DNA of 63,552 bases, counting the filler. It is 7 parts of 7 records of this genome, joined end to end, with 100 filler letters (N's around TTAATTAATTAA, not from the genome) between each part and the next. Parts side by side here need not be neighbours in the genome. Positions count along the whole stretch, not along the records: positions 1 to 14,860 come from DRR723986_16507; 6 more parts are not named here. One strand, written 5' to 3'. The notes below the pieces were generated by a model. That model did no database searches, had not been told where the DNA came from, and saw only the letters and a program-made list of their open reading frames with translations. Positions 1-9,265 of the stretch are shown piece after piece. Every line of letters begins with the position of its first letter. The first letter of the stretch is position 1. Made by a program: the position numbers and the translations under genes.

Positions 1-60
1 CTTCACACGGACCTTCACGTTGTAGTCGATGACCCGTTTTACGGGTACGAGGATCTTCAT
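1..60 (-). CDS. etfB: Electron transfer flavoprotein beta subunit, N-terminus (runs off window start)
   Basis: Reverse complement of 1-60 translates to MKILVPVKRVIDYNVKVRVK, the typical alphaproteobacterial EtfB N-terminus; not in the ORF track because it is truncated. Confidence 0.9.
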   Translation of the reverse strand, partial: MKILVPVKRVIDYNVKVRVK

Positions 61-390
61 TTGGTCTCAACCTCTTGCTGGGCCGGCTTTCACCGCACCG
101 CATTCTCCGGCTCTCTGCCTTCATGACGCTAGGTTACAAACGGCAGAATTGAGCCAATCGTGGCGCATGGCGGGGGACGGTACTGACCGACACGGCACCT
201 GTCAATTGCGGTAAAAGGTCTAAGGCGGCAATTTGCCGGGCTTGGAAAAACATGCGTCGCAATGATGATAGTTCGGCAACGCAACAATGCGTGGAAAACC
301 GGGGCTCAGTGCAAAAAAGAAACCGCGCGCACCTGTTACGGCAACACGCGGCGACTTCTCTGTTTTCCTGGTCCCGGTGCCGGTCCCCGG

Positions 391-1089
391 TCAGATGCCG
401 GGGGTCTGCGGCGAGAACTTGTCGGACACCGGTTCGGCGAACACGGTTACCCAGGTGCCGTTCTCGTCCCGGCAGGCCGTGCCACGAATGGAAAGGTCCA
501 GCCTGCTGAAGGTGGTCTCGCGAAGGTACTCGCGGCACCAGTGCCCGCTCTTGCTGCGGTAGGTCTTGATCGGTGTCAGGATCTCGCGCCAGTCGCCTTC
601 CTGCCCAACGAACACGGGCTCGCCGCTGACTTTCGTTTCCAGCGCTTCCTGGACGGTCTGCGCCAGGAGCATCCGCTCAGTTTCCATATGTGCTGCAAGA
701 GAAGACACGGCACTGTCCATCCGCGTCTGCATCCAGTAGGTGGTAAAGCCGAATGTGCCGGCAACCATCACAAGTGCGGCGGCGATCTGGATCAGCACGC
801 CTGTCCAGGACGCATGCGCATGACGGGGCGCAGGACCTTCGCGCTTGGCGAATTCCTTTTCGATGAGTGCTTCGAACCGTGCCATTGATTCGTCAGGCAC
901 CGGCGCGGCAACCGCTTTTTGCAGAATGGTATTGTCCTTGGACATCTGCTCCAGCAGATCATGTCCGCCACCTGTCGCCTCGATCCGGCGAAGCAGAGCT
1001 GCACGCTCCTCTTCCGAACCTTCCTCGTCCAGGATCTTGCCGATATCCTTTGCAAGCAGGATCTGTTCGCGCTTTTCGTCAAATGTCAT
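391..1089 (-). CDS. Transmembrane anti-sigma factor with C-terminal RT0821/Lpp0805-like (17-kDa surface antigen-like) periplasmic domain
   Basis: ATG at 1089 overlaps the TGA of the upstream ECF sigma; degenerate anti-sigma N-terminus (ILDEEGSEEERAALL), one TM helix (VLIQIAAALVMVAGTFGF), C-terminal QEALETKVSG...TPIKTYRSKSGHWCREY...RGTACRDENGTW. Confidence 0.75.
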   Translation of the reverse strand: MTFDEKREQILLAKDIGKILDEEGSEEERAALLRRIEATGGGHDLLEQMSKDNTILQKAVAAPVPDESMARFEALIEKEFAKREGPAPRHAHASWTGVLIQIAAALVMVAGTFGFTTYWMQTRMDSAVSSLAAHMETERMLLAQTVQEALETKVSGEPVFVGQEGDWREILTPIKTYRSKSGHWCREYLRETTFSRLDLSIRGTACRDENGTWVTVFAEPVSDKFSPQTPGI

Positions 1090-1628
1090 CACATACCCCC
1101 TGGCATGCTGCGCAGCCTGACGCCCTGCGGGGCATCGTTCGTGTCCAGCCACTCGCGCAGTTTCAGTCTTGCGCGGGCAAGCCGGCTGGTTACCGTTCCA
1201 ATCGGAACACCGAGTTCATCCGCCACATCCTTGTAGCTTCTGCCCTCAACGGCGATCTTCAGAAGCACCTCGCGGTTGTCTTCTTCCAGCTCGCCAATGA
1301 AATCCTGCACTTTCTGGAGTTCCAGGCTGTCGGCGGCGGCTTTCGCGCCGTCGTAGCTTTCCTCGAAATCCAGCATGGCAAGGTCGAAAAGCCTGGCCCG
1401 GTTTGCGGTGTCGCGAACCGAATTGAAGTACAGATTCTGCAAAATCCGGAACATCCAGCTGTCGAGCCGGGTGGCCGGATCGAACTGGTCGAGCGATCGG
1501 ATTGCACGTTCGCATGTCATCTGCACCAGATCGTCTGCCTGATCCGGATTCCGGCACAGCCTTAAAGCAAAACTCCTCAGCTTCGGGAGCAGACGGATCA
1601 TCTCCGTCTTTAACGTATCTTCAGGCAA
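1089..1628 (-). CDS. ECF-family RNA polymerase sigma factor
   Basis: Region 2 LRSFALRL..ADDLVQ..SWMFRILQN and region 4 SYKDVADELGVPIGTVTSRLARAR; TTG start with GGAGA RBS. Confidence 0.92.
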   Translation of the reverse strand: MPEDTLKTEMIRLLPKLRSFALRLCRNPDQADDLVQMTCERAIRSLDQFDPATRLDSWMFRILQNLYFNSVRDTANRARLFDLAMLDFEESYDGAKAAADSLELQKVQDFIGELEEDNREVLLKIAVEGRSYKDVADELGVPIGTVTSRLARARLKLREWLDTNDAPQGVRLRSMPGGM

Positions 1629-1806
1629 GGAGTTCTCCGCAAAACCGCTCTCAGCGAGACAACACGTAAGGAGACCTTTTGATCCCGACTTTTTTTAGAC
1701 TATCTTCGGGAAGAACAAAGATTGCCCAGGTGTTATGCGTGCGAAGGTCGTAAAACCGCTCTCGTCGACCGCCAAAAACCCCTTATTACGAATTGAATCG
1801 CATCAG

Positions 1807-2487
1807 ATGAAACGCGCCCGCCAGATTACATTGCAAGACCGCCTCTCTGCGATGTTTCGCATACTGCCGGGTGTTGCAGCTGCGGCAATGATGTTCTCTC
1901 TTGTCTACTTCAGCCCCTTGTTCGACATGAAGGACAGCATTGCCGCGGCCGCAGATTCGCATGGTGATCGCGGCGATCGCGGTGACCGTGGAGGCCGCAG
2001 CGAACGTGGAGACCGCGGCGGCGATAGCGGAAGCAAGAGTTCCGGTGGCGACAGCGGCAGCAAGAGTTCTGGCGGTGACAGCACCGGTGGCAGCAGTTCC
2101 GGTGGCGGCGACACAGGTGGCAGCCGTTCGGGCGGCGGCGACTCAACTGGTAACAGTTCGAGCGGTAAAAGCTCCACCGGTAACAGTTCGGCAGGAAACA
2201 AATCGGCCGGCAGAAGCTCGGAAAGCAAAGGCAACTCCGGTCGCAGCGGAGGCTCCTCTTCTCCTTCCTCTTCCCGCTCTTCGTCGGGTGGATCGTCATC
2301 CGGCGGGTCGTCGTCTGGCGGTTCGTCAGAACGAACTTCTTTTAGCTCTGCCACACAAAAGTCCGGTTCAGGCGGTTTTTTAGATCGCATCTTTGGCGGG
2401 CGTCAGTTTAATGGTGACAGCGAGCCTTCTGGTGGGTCCCTCAGCGCGCGGGAAGAACGGGAGGCTATCTCGAACGGCTGGCAATAG
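1807..2487 (+). CDS. Gly/Ser-rich low-complexity exported or membrane-anchored protein
   Basis: Hydrophobic N-terminal segment (LPGVAAAAMMFSLVYF), DRG and GGDSGSKSS repeats, short ordered C-terminus (LSAREEREAISNGWQ); start uncertain (1735/1807/1852). Confidence 0.7.
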   Translation: MKRARQITLQDRLSAMFRILPGVAAAAMMFSLVYFSPLFDMKDSIAAAADSHGDRGDRGDRGGRSERGDRGGDSGSKSSGGDSGSKSSGGDSTGGSSSGGGDTGGSRSGGGDSTGNSSSGKSSTGNSSAGNKSAGRSSESKGNSGRSGGSSSPSSSRSSSGGSSSGGSSSGGSSERTSFSSATQKSGSGGFLDRIFGGRQFNGDSEPSGGSLSAREEREAISNGWQ

Positions 2488-2508
2488 ATCCAAGAGGCGG
2501 GATCGGAC

Positions 2509-2919
2509 TTGATTTTTCGTGGGTTTCACGTTCCGAAAGGGACGTTTTTTCTGTTTTTTTTGGCAAATATCCTCACAGGCTGTTCCGTGGTGTCAGTGCA
2601 GGACACGCTTGTCTCCCTGCAGGAACCCGCCGCGGCGGAAACCCGCAAACCGGCTTCAAAGCTGCAAGCATCAGACAAATACCGGGCTGAAAGCACGCTT
2701 CAAGCTGCGCTGGAGAAGTCTGTTTCCGGCAAAGACCGGAGCTGGAAAAACCCGTCGAGTGGGGCGAGCGGCACAATTACGCCTCTGAAAACCTGGAAAA
2801 ATACGTCCGGCGACTTCTGCCGCTCCTACCGCGAACGGATCAAGCTGGCTGACGGTCGAATGATCAGCCGCCGGGGAGTCGCCTGCCGCACCGCTGATGC
2901 TGTCTGGAAAGCAGCCTAG
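2509..2919 (+). CDS. RT0821/Lpp0805-family surface lipoprotein
   Basis: Lipobox LTG-C; LQAALE..SWKNPSSGASGTITP..CRSY..GVACR..W pattern typical of the 17-kDa surface antigen C-terminal domain. Confidence 0.8.
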   Translation: MIFRGFHVPKGTFFLFFLANILTGCSVVSVQDTLVSLQEPAAAETRKPASKLQASDKYRAESTLQAALEKSVSGKDRSWKNPSSGASGTITPLKTWKNTSGDFCRSYRERIKLADGRMISRRGVACRTADAVWKAA

Positions 2920-2956
2920 TTTCCTGGCCGGTCCGCATTCTTTTTGAAAACTGTGC

Positions 2957-3649
2957 CTAGGCGATGTTTCGGTCGAACAGGGGCACACCTCTGCGCCGGA
3001 AAAACACGATCAGCACGGCCCCCGCCGCCATGCCGCCGATATGCGCGATCCAGGCGACATCGCTGTCGGACGCAATCACGGCGTTGACGATCTGATAAAG
3101 GATCCAGCCGCCGAGCAACCATCCGGCGGAAAGGCGCAAGGGTATCCGGCCCAGTGCCAGCACCCACACCTTCACCCGCGGGTGCAGCATCAGATAGGCG
3201 GCAACAACGCCTGAAACGGCGCCGGACGCCCCGATCAACGGCACATCTGAATTGACGTCGATGGAGGCATAGGCCAACCCGCCGGCTATCGCACACAGCA
3301 GATAGAAGACCAGGTATCGCAGGTGCCCCATGGCATCCTCGACATTATCGCCGAACACCCACAGGAACAGCATGTTGCCGATCAGGTGCATGTAGCCGCC
3401 ATGGAGGAAGGCATAGGTGACCACTGACATCCAGTCGGGCAGCATCTGCAGCTCCGGCGACAGATCCCGGATATCGAACAGGACAACCGGGATAAGGCCG
3501 AAGGAATAGGAGGACGCGGCCACCGCCTGCTGGGACCCTGCACCCTGATACAGAAGAAAGATCAGGATGTTGGCGGCAATCAGGAAAAGATTCACAAAGG
3601 GGCGGGGAACATGGACCAGCCGATTGTGATCGTGAAGGGGAATGAACAT
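2957..3649 (-). CDS. Rhomboid-family intramembrane serine protease
   Basis: HLIGNMLFLWVFG, catalytic GASG and AHIGG motifs. Confidence 0.93.
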   Translation of the reverse strand: MFIPLHDHNRLVHVPRPFVNLFLIAANILIFLLYQGAGSQQAVAASSYSFGLIPVVLFDIRDLSPELQMLPDWMSVVTYAFLHGGYMHLIGNMLFLWVFGDNVEDAMGHLRYLVFYLLCAIAGGLAYASIDVNSDVPLIGASGAVSGVVAAYLMLHPRVKVWVLALGRIPLRLSAGWLLGGWILYQIVNAVIASDSDVAWIAHIGGMAAGAVLIVFFRRRGVPLFDRNIA

Positions 3650-3681
3650 TCAGCGCCAGGCCTCCGGCAAGGGGAACTGAC

Positions 3682-4257
3682 CTAACGGTTCTGTCCAGGC
3701 ACCCAAAGAACGTCCTGCTCACCCTTTTCATTCAGGTACCGCGAGGCAACGAAGAAATAGTCCGACAGGCGGTTCATGTAGCGCACGGCAGCGGGATTGA
3801 TCTGCTCGCGGGCTGCCAGTTCCACCATCAGACGTTCTGCCCGGCGCGAGACAGTGCGGGCCAGATGCAGGTAGGCAGCGGCAGGACTGCCACCCGGCAG
3901 CACGAAGGAACGCAGCGGCTTGAGCTCCGCATTGAGGACGTCAATCGCCTGTTCGATCGCCGTGACCTGGGCGTCGGTGATCCGAAGCGGCTCGTACCCA
4001 AGGTCCTCACCCGTTTCCGGTGTTGCAAGATCGGCCCCCAGGTCGAACAGGTCGTTCTGGATCCTGCCGAGCGACTGGTCGACCTCCGGCGCAGACTGCC
4101 CGGTCTGAAGGCGAATCAGACCAACCACGGAGTTGGTCTCGTCGACGGTCCCGTATGCCTCGATCCTGAGGTCGCTCTTTCGGCGCCGTTCTCCGGAACC
4201 CAGCGCGGTCGTGCCGTCGTCACCCGTCTTCGTGTAGATCTTGTTCAGAACAACCAT
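3682..4257 (-). CDS. PduO-type cob(I)yrinic acid a,c-diamide adenosyltransferase
   Basis: KIYTKTGDDGTT, EAYGTVDETNS, RRAER and NRLSD motifs. Confidence 0.95.
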   Translation of the reverse strand: MVVLNKIYTKTGDDGTTALGSGERRRKSDLRIEAYGTVDETNSVVGLIRLQTGQSAPEVDQSLGRIQNDLFDLGADLATPETGEDLGYEPLRITDAQVTAIEQAIDVLNAELKPLRSFVLPGGSPAAAYLHLARTVSRRAERLMVELAAREQINPAAVRYMNRLSDYFFVASRYLNEKGEQDVLWVPGQNR

Positions 4258-4297
4258 TGTGCCCCCAGTTCCTCCAGTAGTGTCCGGTTATCTTGTC

Positions 4298-4495
4298 TTA
4301 GTGGCCGGTGCCGAAAAAGTAGAGACCGCCCATCACCAGGACAATCACCAGAAACTGAAGGCCGACACGCCAGCGCATCAGGAGCTGCGAGCGGTTGGCC
4401 GGCCCGTGACGGAACATGTTCCAGATGCCGAGCAGCAACACGAGTGCAACCGCGGCGAGGCCGACGGGAATGAGAAAGTTGATCAGATCTGCCAT
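4298..4495 (-). CDS. Twin-transmembrane-helix small protein (HIG1 domain)
   Basis: 65 aa, two TM helices, SQLLMRWRVGLQ motif; usual position upstream of the PduO-type gene. Confidence 0.88.
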   Translation of the reverse strand: MADLINFLIPVGLAAVALVLLLGIWNMFRHGPANRSQLLMRWRVGLQFLVIVLVMGGLYFFGTGH

Positions 4496-4547
4496 TTCGT
4501 TTTCCTTGTTTCACCACTGTCCGGCGCAGCCACCGGTCGGCAGGCAG

Positions 4548-5420
4548 CTATTCCTCGCCGTCGGCAGCCCAGATGCAGAACCGGTCGAGCAGACTGGTCG
4601 GCAGCACCCGTTTGGCCACCGCCATGACGGTGGTCGGAATTGTTACATGATAGCGCGCTTTCGGCCGATTTGCTTCCACCGCATGCACCAGCCGTTTGAC
4701 CACGGCCTCCGGCGGCAGCTTGAACGGCCCGGGCTCTCCCGCCTCCATTCGGATGCGGCGCTTTTCGTAGGTCTTACGATGCCGTGACGCCTGCAGACCA
4801 TCCTCGCCGATCCAGCGCTGAAAATTCGCCAGTGCGTTTTGCGTGAACCGGGTATCGATAGGACCGGGTTCGATCAGGCTGACGTGAATGCCGGTGCCTT
4901 TCAGTTCCTGGCGAAGCGTGTCCGAATAGGCTTCAAGCGCGAATTTGGAAGCGGTGTAGGCTCCGCGGTACTTGAGCGCCACAAACCCCAGTACGGAGGA
5001 ACACTGCACGATCCGCCCGGAACCGTTGGCGCGCATTGAAGGCACCAACCGGCGGGTAAGATCATGCCAGCCGATGAAGTTCGCCTCGAAAAGCGACCGC
5101 AGGGCTTCCGTCGGCAGGTCTTCCAGCGCACCTGGAACCGCATAGGCGCCATTGTTGAACACCGCGCTCAACGCTCCATCGGTCCGCTGGAGAACTTCGC
5201 TTGCCGTCGCCTCGATGCTGTCCGGATCCTCATAATCCAGGCGAAAGGCTTCGAAACCAAGATTGCTCAACCCGTCAACATCCGCCTGGCTCCGCGCAGT
5301 CGGAAAAACACGCCAGTTGCGCCCGCGCATGATGTGGGCTGCCGAAAGGCCGATGCCGGAGGAACAGCCCGTAATCAGGATCGACCGGTGCGCGGAAAAA
5401 CTCTCCGGATTGGCAATCAT
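4548..5420 (-). CDS. Short-chain dehydrogenase/reductase
   Basis: TGCSSGIG, NNGA and YTASK motifs. Confidence 0.92.
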   Translation of the reverse strand: MIANPESFSAHRSILITGCSSGIGLSAAHIMRGRNWRVFPTARSQADVDGLSNLGFEAFRLDYEDPDSIEATASEVLQRTDGALSAVFNNGAYAVPGALEDLPTEALRSLFEANFIGWHDLTRRLVPSMRANGSGRIVQCSSVLGFVALKYRGAYTASKFALEAYSDTLRQELKGTGIHVSLIEPGPIDTRFTQNALANFQRWIGEDGLQASRHRKTYEKRRIRMEAGEPGPFKLPPEAVVKRLVHAVEANRPKARYHVTIPTTVMAVAKRVLPTSLLDRFCIWAADGEE

Positions 5421-5466
5421 CAAATGGAAATCCTGCGGAGTGGAAGACGGTCCGATCCAACTCCTA

Positions 5467-6705
5467 TCAGATAGGTTCGCCGGAAAGCAATTTCGGCACC
5501 GGCCCCGCAAAACCGGCGGCTTCCTTGATAAACTGCGTTTTCAGGCCCGGCATCCTGTCCACAATACCAAGTCCGAAATCGCGCATGGCGCGCAACACGT
5601 CATTGTCATTGGAAAACAGGCGGTTCAGTACGTCGGTGACAACGCCCATCTGGAACGTGTCGAACCGGCGCCAGCGCTGGTAGCGTTCCAGAACGTCGAA
5701 ACCGCCGAGATCTTGCCCCAGACGACGGGCATCCACCAGCACTTCGGCCAGTGCCGCGACATCCTTGAAGCCCAGATTGAGCCCCTGGCCCGCAATCGGA
5801 TGAATGCCATGGGCGGCATCGCCGATCAGGGCGAAGCGCGGCTTGACGAAATCACGCGCCAGCTTCAGCCCGAGCGGATAGGCCCGGCGCGGTCCGTCCA
5901 GCTCCAGCGTGCCGAGGTGATGTCCGAAACGGCGTTCCAGTTCCAGTTCGAAAGTAAAGTCGTCAGACCGCACAAGCCGGTCGGCGTCCGCTGTCTTTTC
6001 CGTCCAGACCAGCGACGACCGGTTGCCCGGCAAGGGCAGGATCGCAAATGGCCCGGCAGGCAGGAAATGTTCTTCCGCCCGGCCGTTGTGAGGTCGTTCA
6101 TGCTTGACTGTTGTGACGATGCCGGACTGGCCGTAGTCCCAGTTGACCGTCCGGATACCGGCAAGGTCGCGCAGGCGGGAGCGCACGCCGTCGGCTGCAA
6201 CGAGCAACCGGCTTTTCAAAAGGGCCCCGTCTTCCAGCGCCAGTTCGACGTGGTCTGGATGAGTGCGAAAGGTTTCCGCGGTTCCCGGTGCGAAAAAGCT
6301 CACGCCAAGCGCCTTGGCCGCCTTGTAGAGCGCCGGCATCATCACGCCGTTCGGCATCATGTGGGCAAAGGGTTCACCCTCCGTCGCCTCGCCGCCGAAC
6401 GTCAGGAAGACCGGGCGAACCGCATCGCGAAGCTTGCTGTCGGTGACGATCATTTCGTTGATCGGCTGGGCTTCGCCCGCAATCTTCTGCCAGATACCGA
6501 GTTGCGACAGCATGCGTGAGGCAGCTGCCGCGATGGCTGAGGCGCGAGGATCCTTGTGGAGGTCTTCCATCGGCTTGGGATCGACCACGGCACAGGTGAG
6601 GCCGGCATCGCCCTGCTTCAACGCCACCGCCAGAGACAGGCCGACATAACCGCCGCCTGCGATCACGACATCGAACATGTCCGGGACGCTTTTTTTCCTC
6701 GCCAT
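5467..6705 (-). CDS. Ubiquinone biosynthesis FAD-dependent hydroxylase (UbiH/UbiL family)
   Basis: GGGYVG, ADGVRS and IGDAAHGIHPIAGQGLNLG motifs. Confidence 0.92.
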   Translation of the reverse strand: MARKKSVPDMFDVVIAGGGYVGLSLAVALKQGDAGLTCAVVDPKPMEDLHKDPRASAIAAAASRMLSQLGIWQKIAGEAQPINEMIVTDSKLRDAVRPVFLTFGGEATEGEPFAHMMPNGVMMPALYKAAKALGVSFFAPGTAETFRTHPDHVELALEDGALLKSRLLVAADGVRSRLRDLAGIRTVNWDYGQSGIVTTVKHERPHNGRAEEHFLPAGPFAILPLPGNRSSLVWTEKTADADRLVRSDDFTFELELERRFGHHLGTLELDGPRRAYPLGLKLARDFVKPRFALIGDAAHGIHPIAGQGLNLGFKDVAALAEVLVDARRLGQDLGGFDVLERYQRWRRFDTFQMGVVTDVLNRLFSNDNDVLRAMRDFGLGIVDRMPGLKTQFIKEAAGFAGPVPKLLSGEPI

Positions 6706-6839
6706 CGTCTTCTTCTCCTTGCCTTCGGTTTCCCTAAAGGCATCTTGACTTTAACGTCAACTGCCGTCCAAGAGTGCGGTGCCGGGGCTCCAAGCCTCGA
6801 ACCAAATCACCTGCCGTCTATCTAACAGGGATCGCGCCG

Positions 6840-7706
6840 ATGAACACGGCCATTGATAATCTTCTCCAGATTCTCGACCTGGAACCGCTGGAACGCAACC
6901 TGTTCCGTGGTCGCAGCCCGCAGGTCGGCTGGCAACGCGTATTTGGCGGGCAGGTGATCGGCCAGGCGCTGGTTGCCGCCTCGCGCACCGTGGTGGAAGA
7001 CCGTCACGTCCATTCCCTGCATGGCTACTTCCTCAGGCCCGGCGATCCGTCAGTCCCCATCATCTACGAAGTCGACCGCATCCGCGACGGTGGCAGCTTC
7101 ACCACCCGGCGCGTTGTCGCGATCCAGCACGGCGAAGCGATCTTTTCCATGTCCGCCTCCTTCCAGGTGCATGAAGAGGGGCTGGAGCACCAGATCGACA
7201 TGCCGGACGTTCCGACACCTGAAGATCTGCCCAGCGAACAGGAACTGAAGGAAAAATTCCTGTCGATGGCCCCGGAAAACATCCGCCGCTACTGGGAACG
7301 CGAGCGGCCGATCGAGATGCGCCCGGTCGACATGACCCATTATTTCAGCAAGAAGCCCCTGCCACCGCAGCAGTATGTCTGGGTACGTGCGACGGGCCCA
7401 CTGCCGGACGACGAACGCATGCACCAGTGTGTCCTCGCCTATGCTTCCGACATGACGTTGCTGGACACCTCGCTGTTTCCCCATGGCACGTCCGTCTTCA
7501 GCCCGAAGATCCAGGCCGCCAGCCTGGACCATGCCATGTGGTTTCACCGGCCTTTCCGCGCCGACGACTGGCTGCTTTACGCCACCGACAGCACCTCATC
7601 TTCCGGCTCACGCGGGATAAACCGCGGATCTCTGTTTACCAGGGACGGGGTCCTGATCGCCTCGACCGCCCAGGAAGGCCTGATCCGGTTGCGCAAGAAG
7701 GATTGA
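6840..7706 (+). CDS. tesB: Acyl-CoA thioesterase II
   Basis: VFGGQVIGQAL, HSLHGYFLRPG, ASLDHAMWFH and QEGLIR motifs. Confidence 0.95.
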   Translation: MNTAIDNLLQILDLEPLERNLFRGRSPQVGWQRVFGGQVIGQALVAASRTVVEDRHVHSLHGYFLRPGDPSVPIIYEVDRIRDGGSFTTRRVVAIQHGEAIFSMSASFQVHEEGLEHQIDMPDVPTPEDLPSEQELKEKFLSMAPENIRRYWERERPIEMRPVDMTHYFSKKPLPPQQYVWVRATGPLPDDERMHQCVLAYASDMTLLDTSLFPHGTSVFSPKIQAASLDHAMWFHRPFRADDWLLYATDSTSSSGSRGINRGSLFTRDGVLIASTAQEGLIRLRKKD

Positions 7707-7756
7707 CTCCCCAAGACGATGGCGCCGTCACCGCTGGCTGCTACTCCCCCCCAGAG

Positions 7757-7863
7757 CCTCATCCTGAGGAGGGCCTTAAGGCCCGTCTCGAAGGATGGGC
7801 CACTTGTTCCTGTGGGTGCCGCCCATCCTTCGAGACGCCGCTTCGCGGCTCCTCAGGATGAGG
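7757..7863. repeat. Intergenic nested palindromic repeat element (REP/RIME-like)
   Basis: Terminal IR CCTCATCCTGAGGAG (7757-7771)/CTCCTCAGGATGAGG (7849-7863) enclosing inner IR CGTCTCGAAGGATGGGC/GCCCATCCTTCGAGACG, between convergent genes. Confidence 0.8.
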
Positions 7864-7903
7864 GATCCCATTGGAGAGCGCCGGGGTATTGCGGATCTGC
7901 CGC

Positions 7904-9121
7904 CTACCTCACCGGACTGGTAAAGCCCGACACCGCCAACGGATTGTCGGTCAGGGCCTGGTGATCTGGTGTATCGGGCAGCAAGGCGCCCGAAAAGGCC
8001 TCGAACATGCGCCTGACGAACCCTTCCGGCAGGTCCTTGGTGATGAACACCATGCGGGTTCTGTGATCCGCGTCCGGCCAGGCCTCCAGTGTCGCGGGCG
8101 GATGGAAGACATGCTGGACACCGTGGATCACCACGGGCCGTTCAGGATCTTCAGCCAGTTGCACGATGCCCTTCACCCGAAGCAGCTTAGGTCCGTGCGC
8201 CGAACGCAGCAGATCGAGGAACATTTCCAGCGCAGACGCCGGCACCGGTCGATCTGTCGACAGGGTAAAGGCCCGAATGGCATCGCTATGCCGGTTCACG
8301 TCATGAGCATGGGCATGGTCGTGGCCGTGGTGATGCCCGTGTGAATGGCCATGTGCATGATCGTGACCGTGATGGTGGTCATGCTGCTGGTCTTCGTAGG
8401 CTTCCGCGTTCAGCCAGGCAGCCACGTCCGGGATCTTGCTCTTGGGATCATAAAGACCGGCGTTGAAAAGATTTTCCACCGTTGCATCATCCGCCTGGGC
8501 GTCCAGCCGGCGAGCGCCGGGATTGAGCTGCTGCAAACGCTGCCTGAGGGCGTCGAAAGAGGCCCGCGCTTCTTCGCCTTGAACGAGATCGGTCTTGGTG
8601 AAGACCAGCCGGTCGGCAACAGCGGCCTGCTTGCGCGCTTCCTCGTGATTGTCGAGGGTCGACAGACCGTTGACTGCGTCCACAAGCGTGATCACGCTGT
8701 CGAGCCGGTAGCGCATCACCAGATAGGGATGCAGCATGACCGTGTGCAGGATGGGCGCCGGATCCGCCAGACCCGTCGTCTCGATGATCACCCGGTTGAG
8801 CCTGTCCATGCGGCCGTTATCCAGTCGGCGCAACAGGTTTTCGAGCGTCGTGACAAGATCGCCGCGAATGGTGCAGCACAGGCAACCGGAGGCAAGCTCC
8901 ACGATGCCGTCGCCGGCCTGATCGACAAACAGATGATCGAGCCCGATCTCGCCGAATTCATTGATGATGACCGCTGTGTCCGCCATCGACGGGTCCTTCA
9001 GGATCCGATTGAGGAGCGTTGTCTTGCCTGACCCCAGAAACCCGGTCAGGACTGACAGGGGAATGGGGGGCTTCGGACCCTTGGGTTTTTGTCCTTCGGC
9101 AACCGATGTCGGCGAGGCCAT
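7904..9121 (-). CDS. CobW/COG0523-family metal-chaperone GTPase with His-rich linker
   Basis: GFLGSGKTT, GCLCC, ETTGLADP, HDHHHGHDHAHGHSHGHHHGHDHAHAH tract, CobW_C RVKG motif. Confidence 0.93.
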   Translation of the reverse strand: MASPTSVAEGQKPKGPKPPIPLSVLTGFLGSGKTTLLNRILKDPSMADTAVIINEFGEIGLDHLFVDQAGDGIVELASGCLCCTIRGDLVTTLENLLRRLDNGRMDRLNRVIIETTGLADPAPILHTVMLHPYLVMRYRLDSVITLVDAVNGLSTLDNHEEARKQAAVADRLVFTKTDLVQGEEARASFDALRQRLQQLNPGARRLDAQADDATVENLFNAGLYDPKSKIPDVAAWLNAEAYEDQQHDHHHGHDHAHGHSHGHHHGHDHAHAHDVNRHSDAIRAFTLSTDRPVPASALEMFLDLLRSAHGPKLLRVKGIVQLAEDPERPVVIHGVQHVFHPPATLEAWPDADHRTRMVFITKDLPEGFVRRMFEAFSGALLPDTPDHQALTDNPLAVSGFTSPVR

Positions 9122-9265
9122 GGTATCTCTCCAGATGCATTCGCCGGTCCTTGATCGGACCCGGCGGACTTTCCGCAGACACATAGGCAGAAAGGCGGGT
9201 CAGCGCAAATGCTGGTCCCGCCACGTCGGCTTGTTCAGTTGGAAAAATGTCCGGCTGACGCCGAA

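Noticed and set aside
1657-1686. Possible autoregulatory ECF promoter GGGAT...GTCT upstream of the sigma gene (minus strand)
   Set aside because: The 21-nt spacing is longer than usual for ECF promoters and I found no convincing second copy, so it is not called.
1905-2390. Pro/Leu/Glu-rich minus-strand ORF
   Set aside because: Antisense shadow of the Gly/Ser repeat gene; no RBS or independent features.
5263-6519. Long alternative-frame and antisense ORFs (also 11643-12803, 14913-16421, 24187-25332, 49867-51300, 52466-53494, 61819-63225)
   Set aside because: They overlap well-supported genes in GC-rich DNA where stop codons are rare, and have no recognisable motifs.
8300-8385. His-codon repeat tract in the CobW gene
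   Set aside because: Normal feature of COG0523 metallochaperones.
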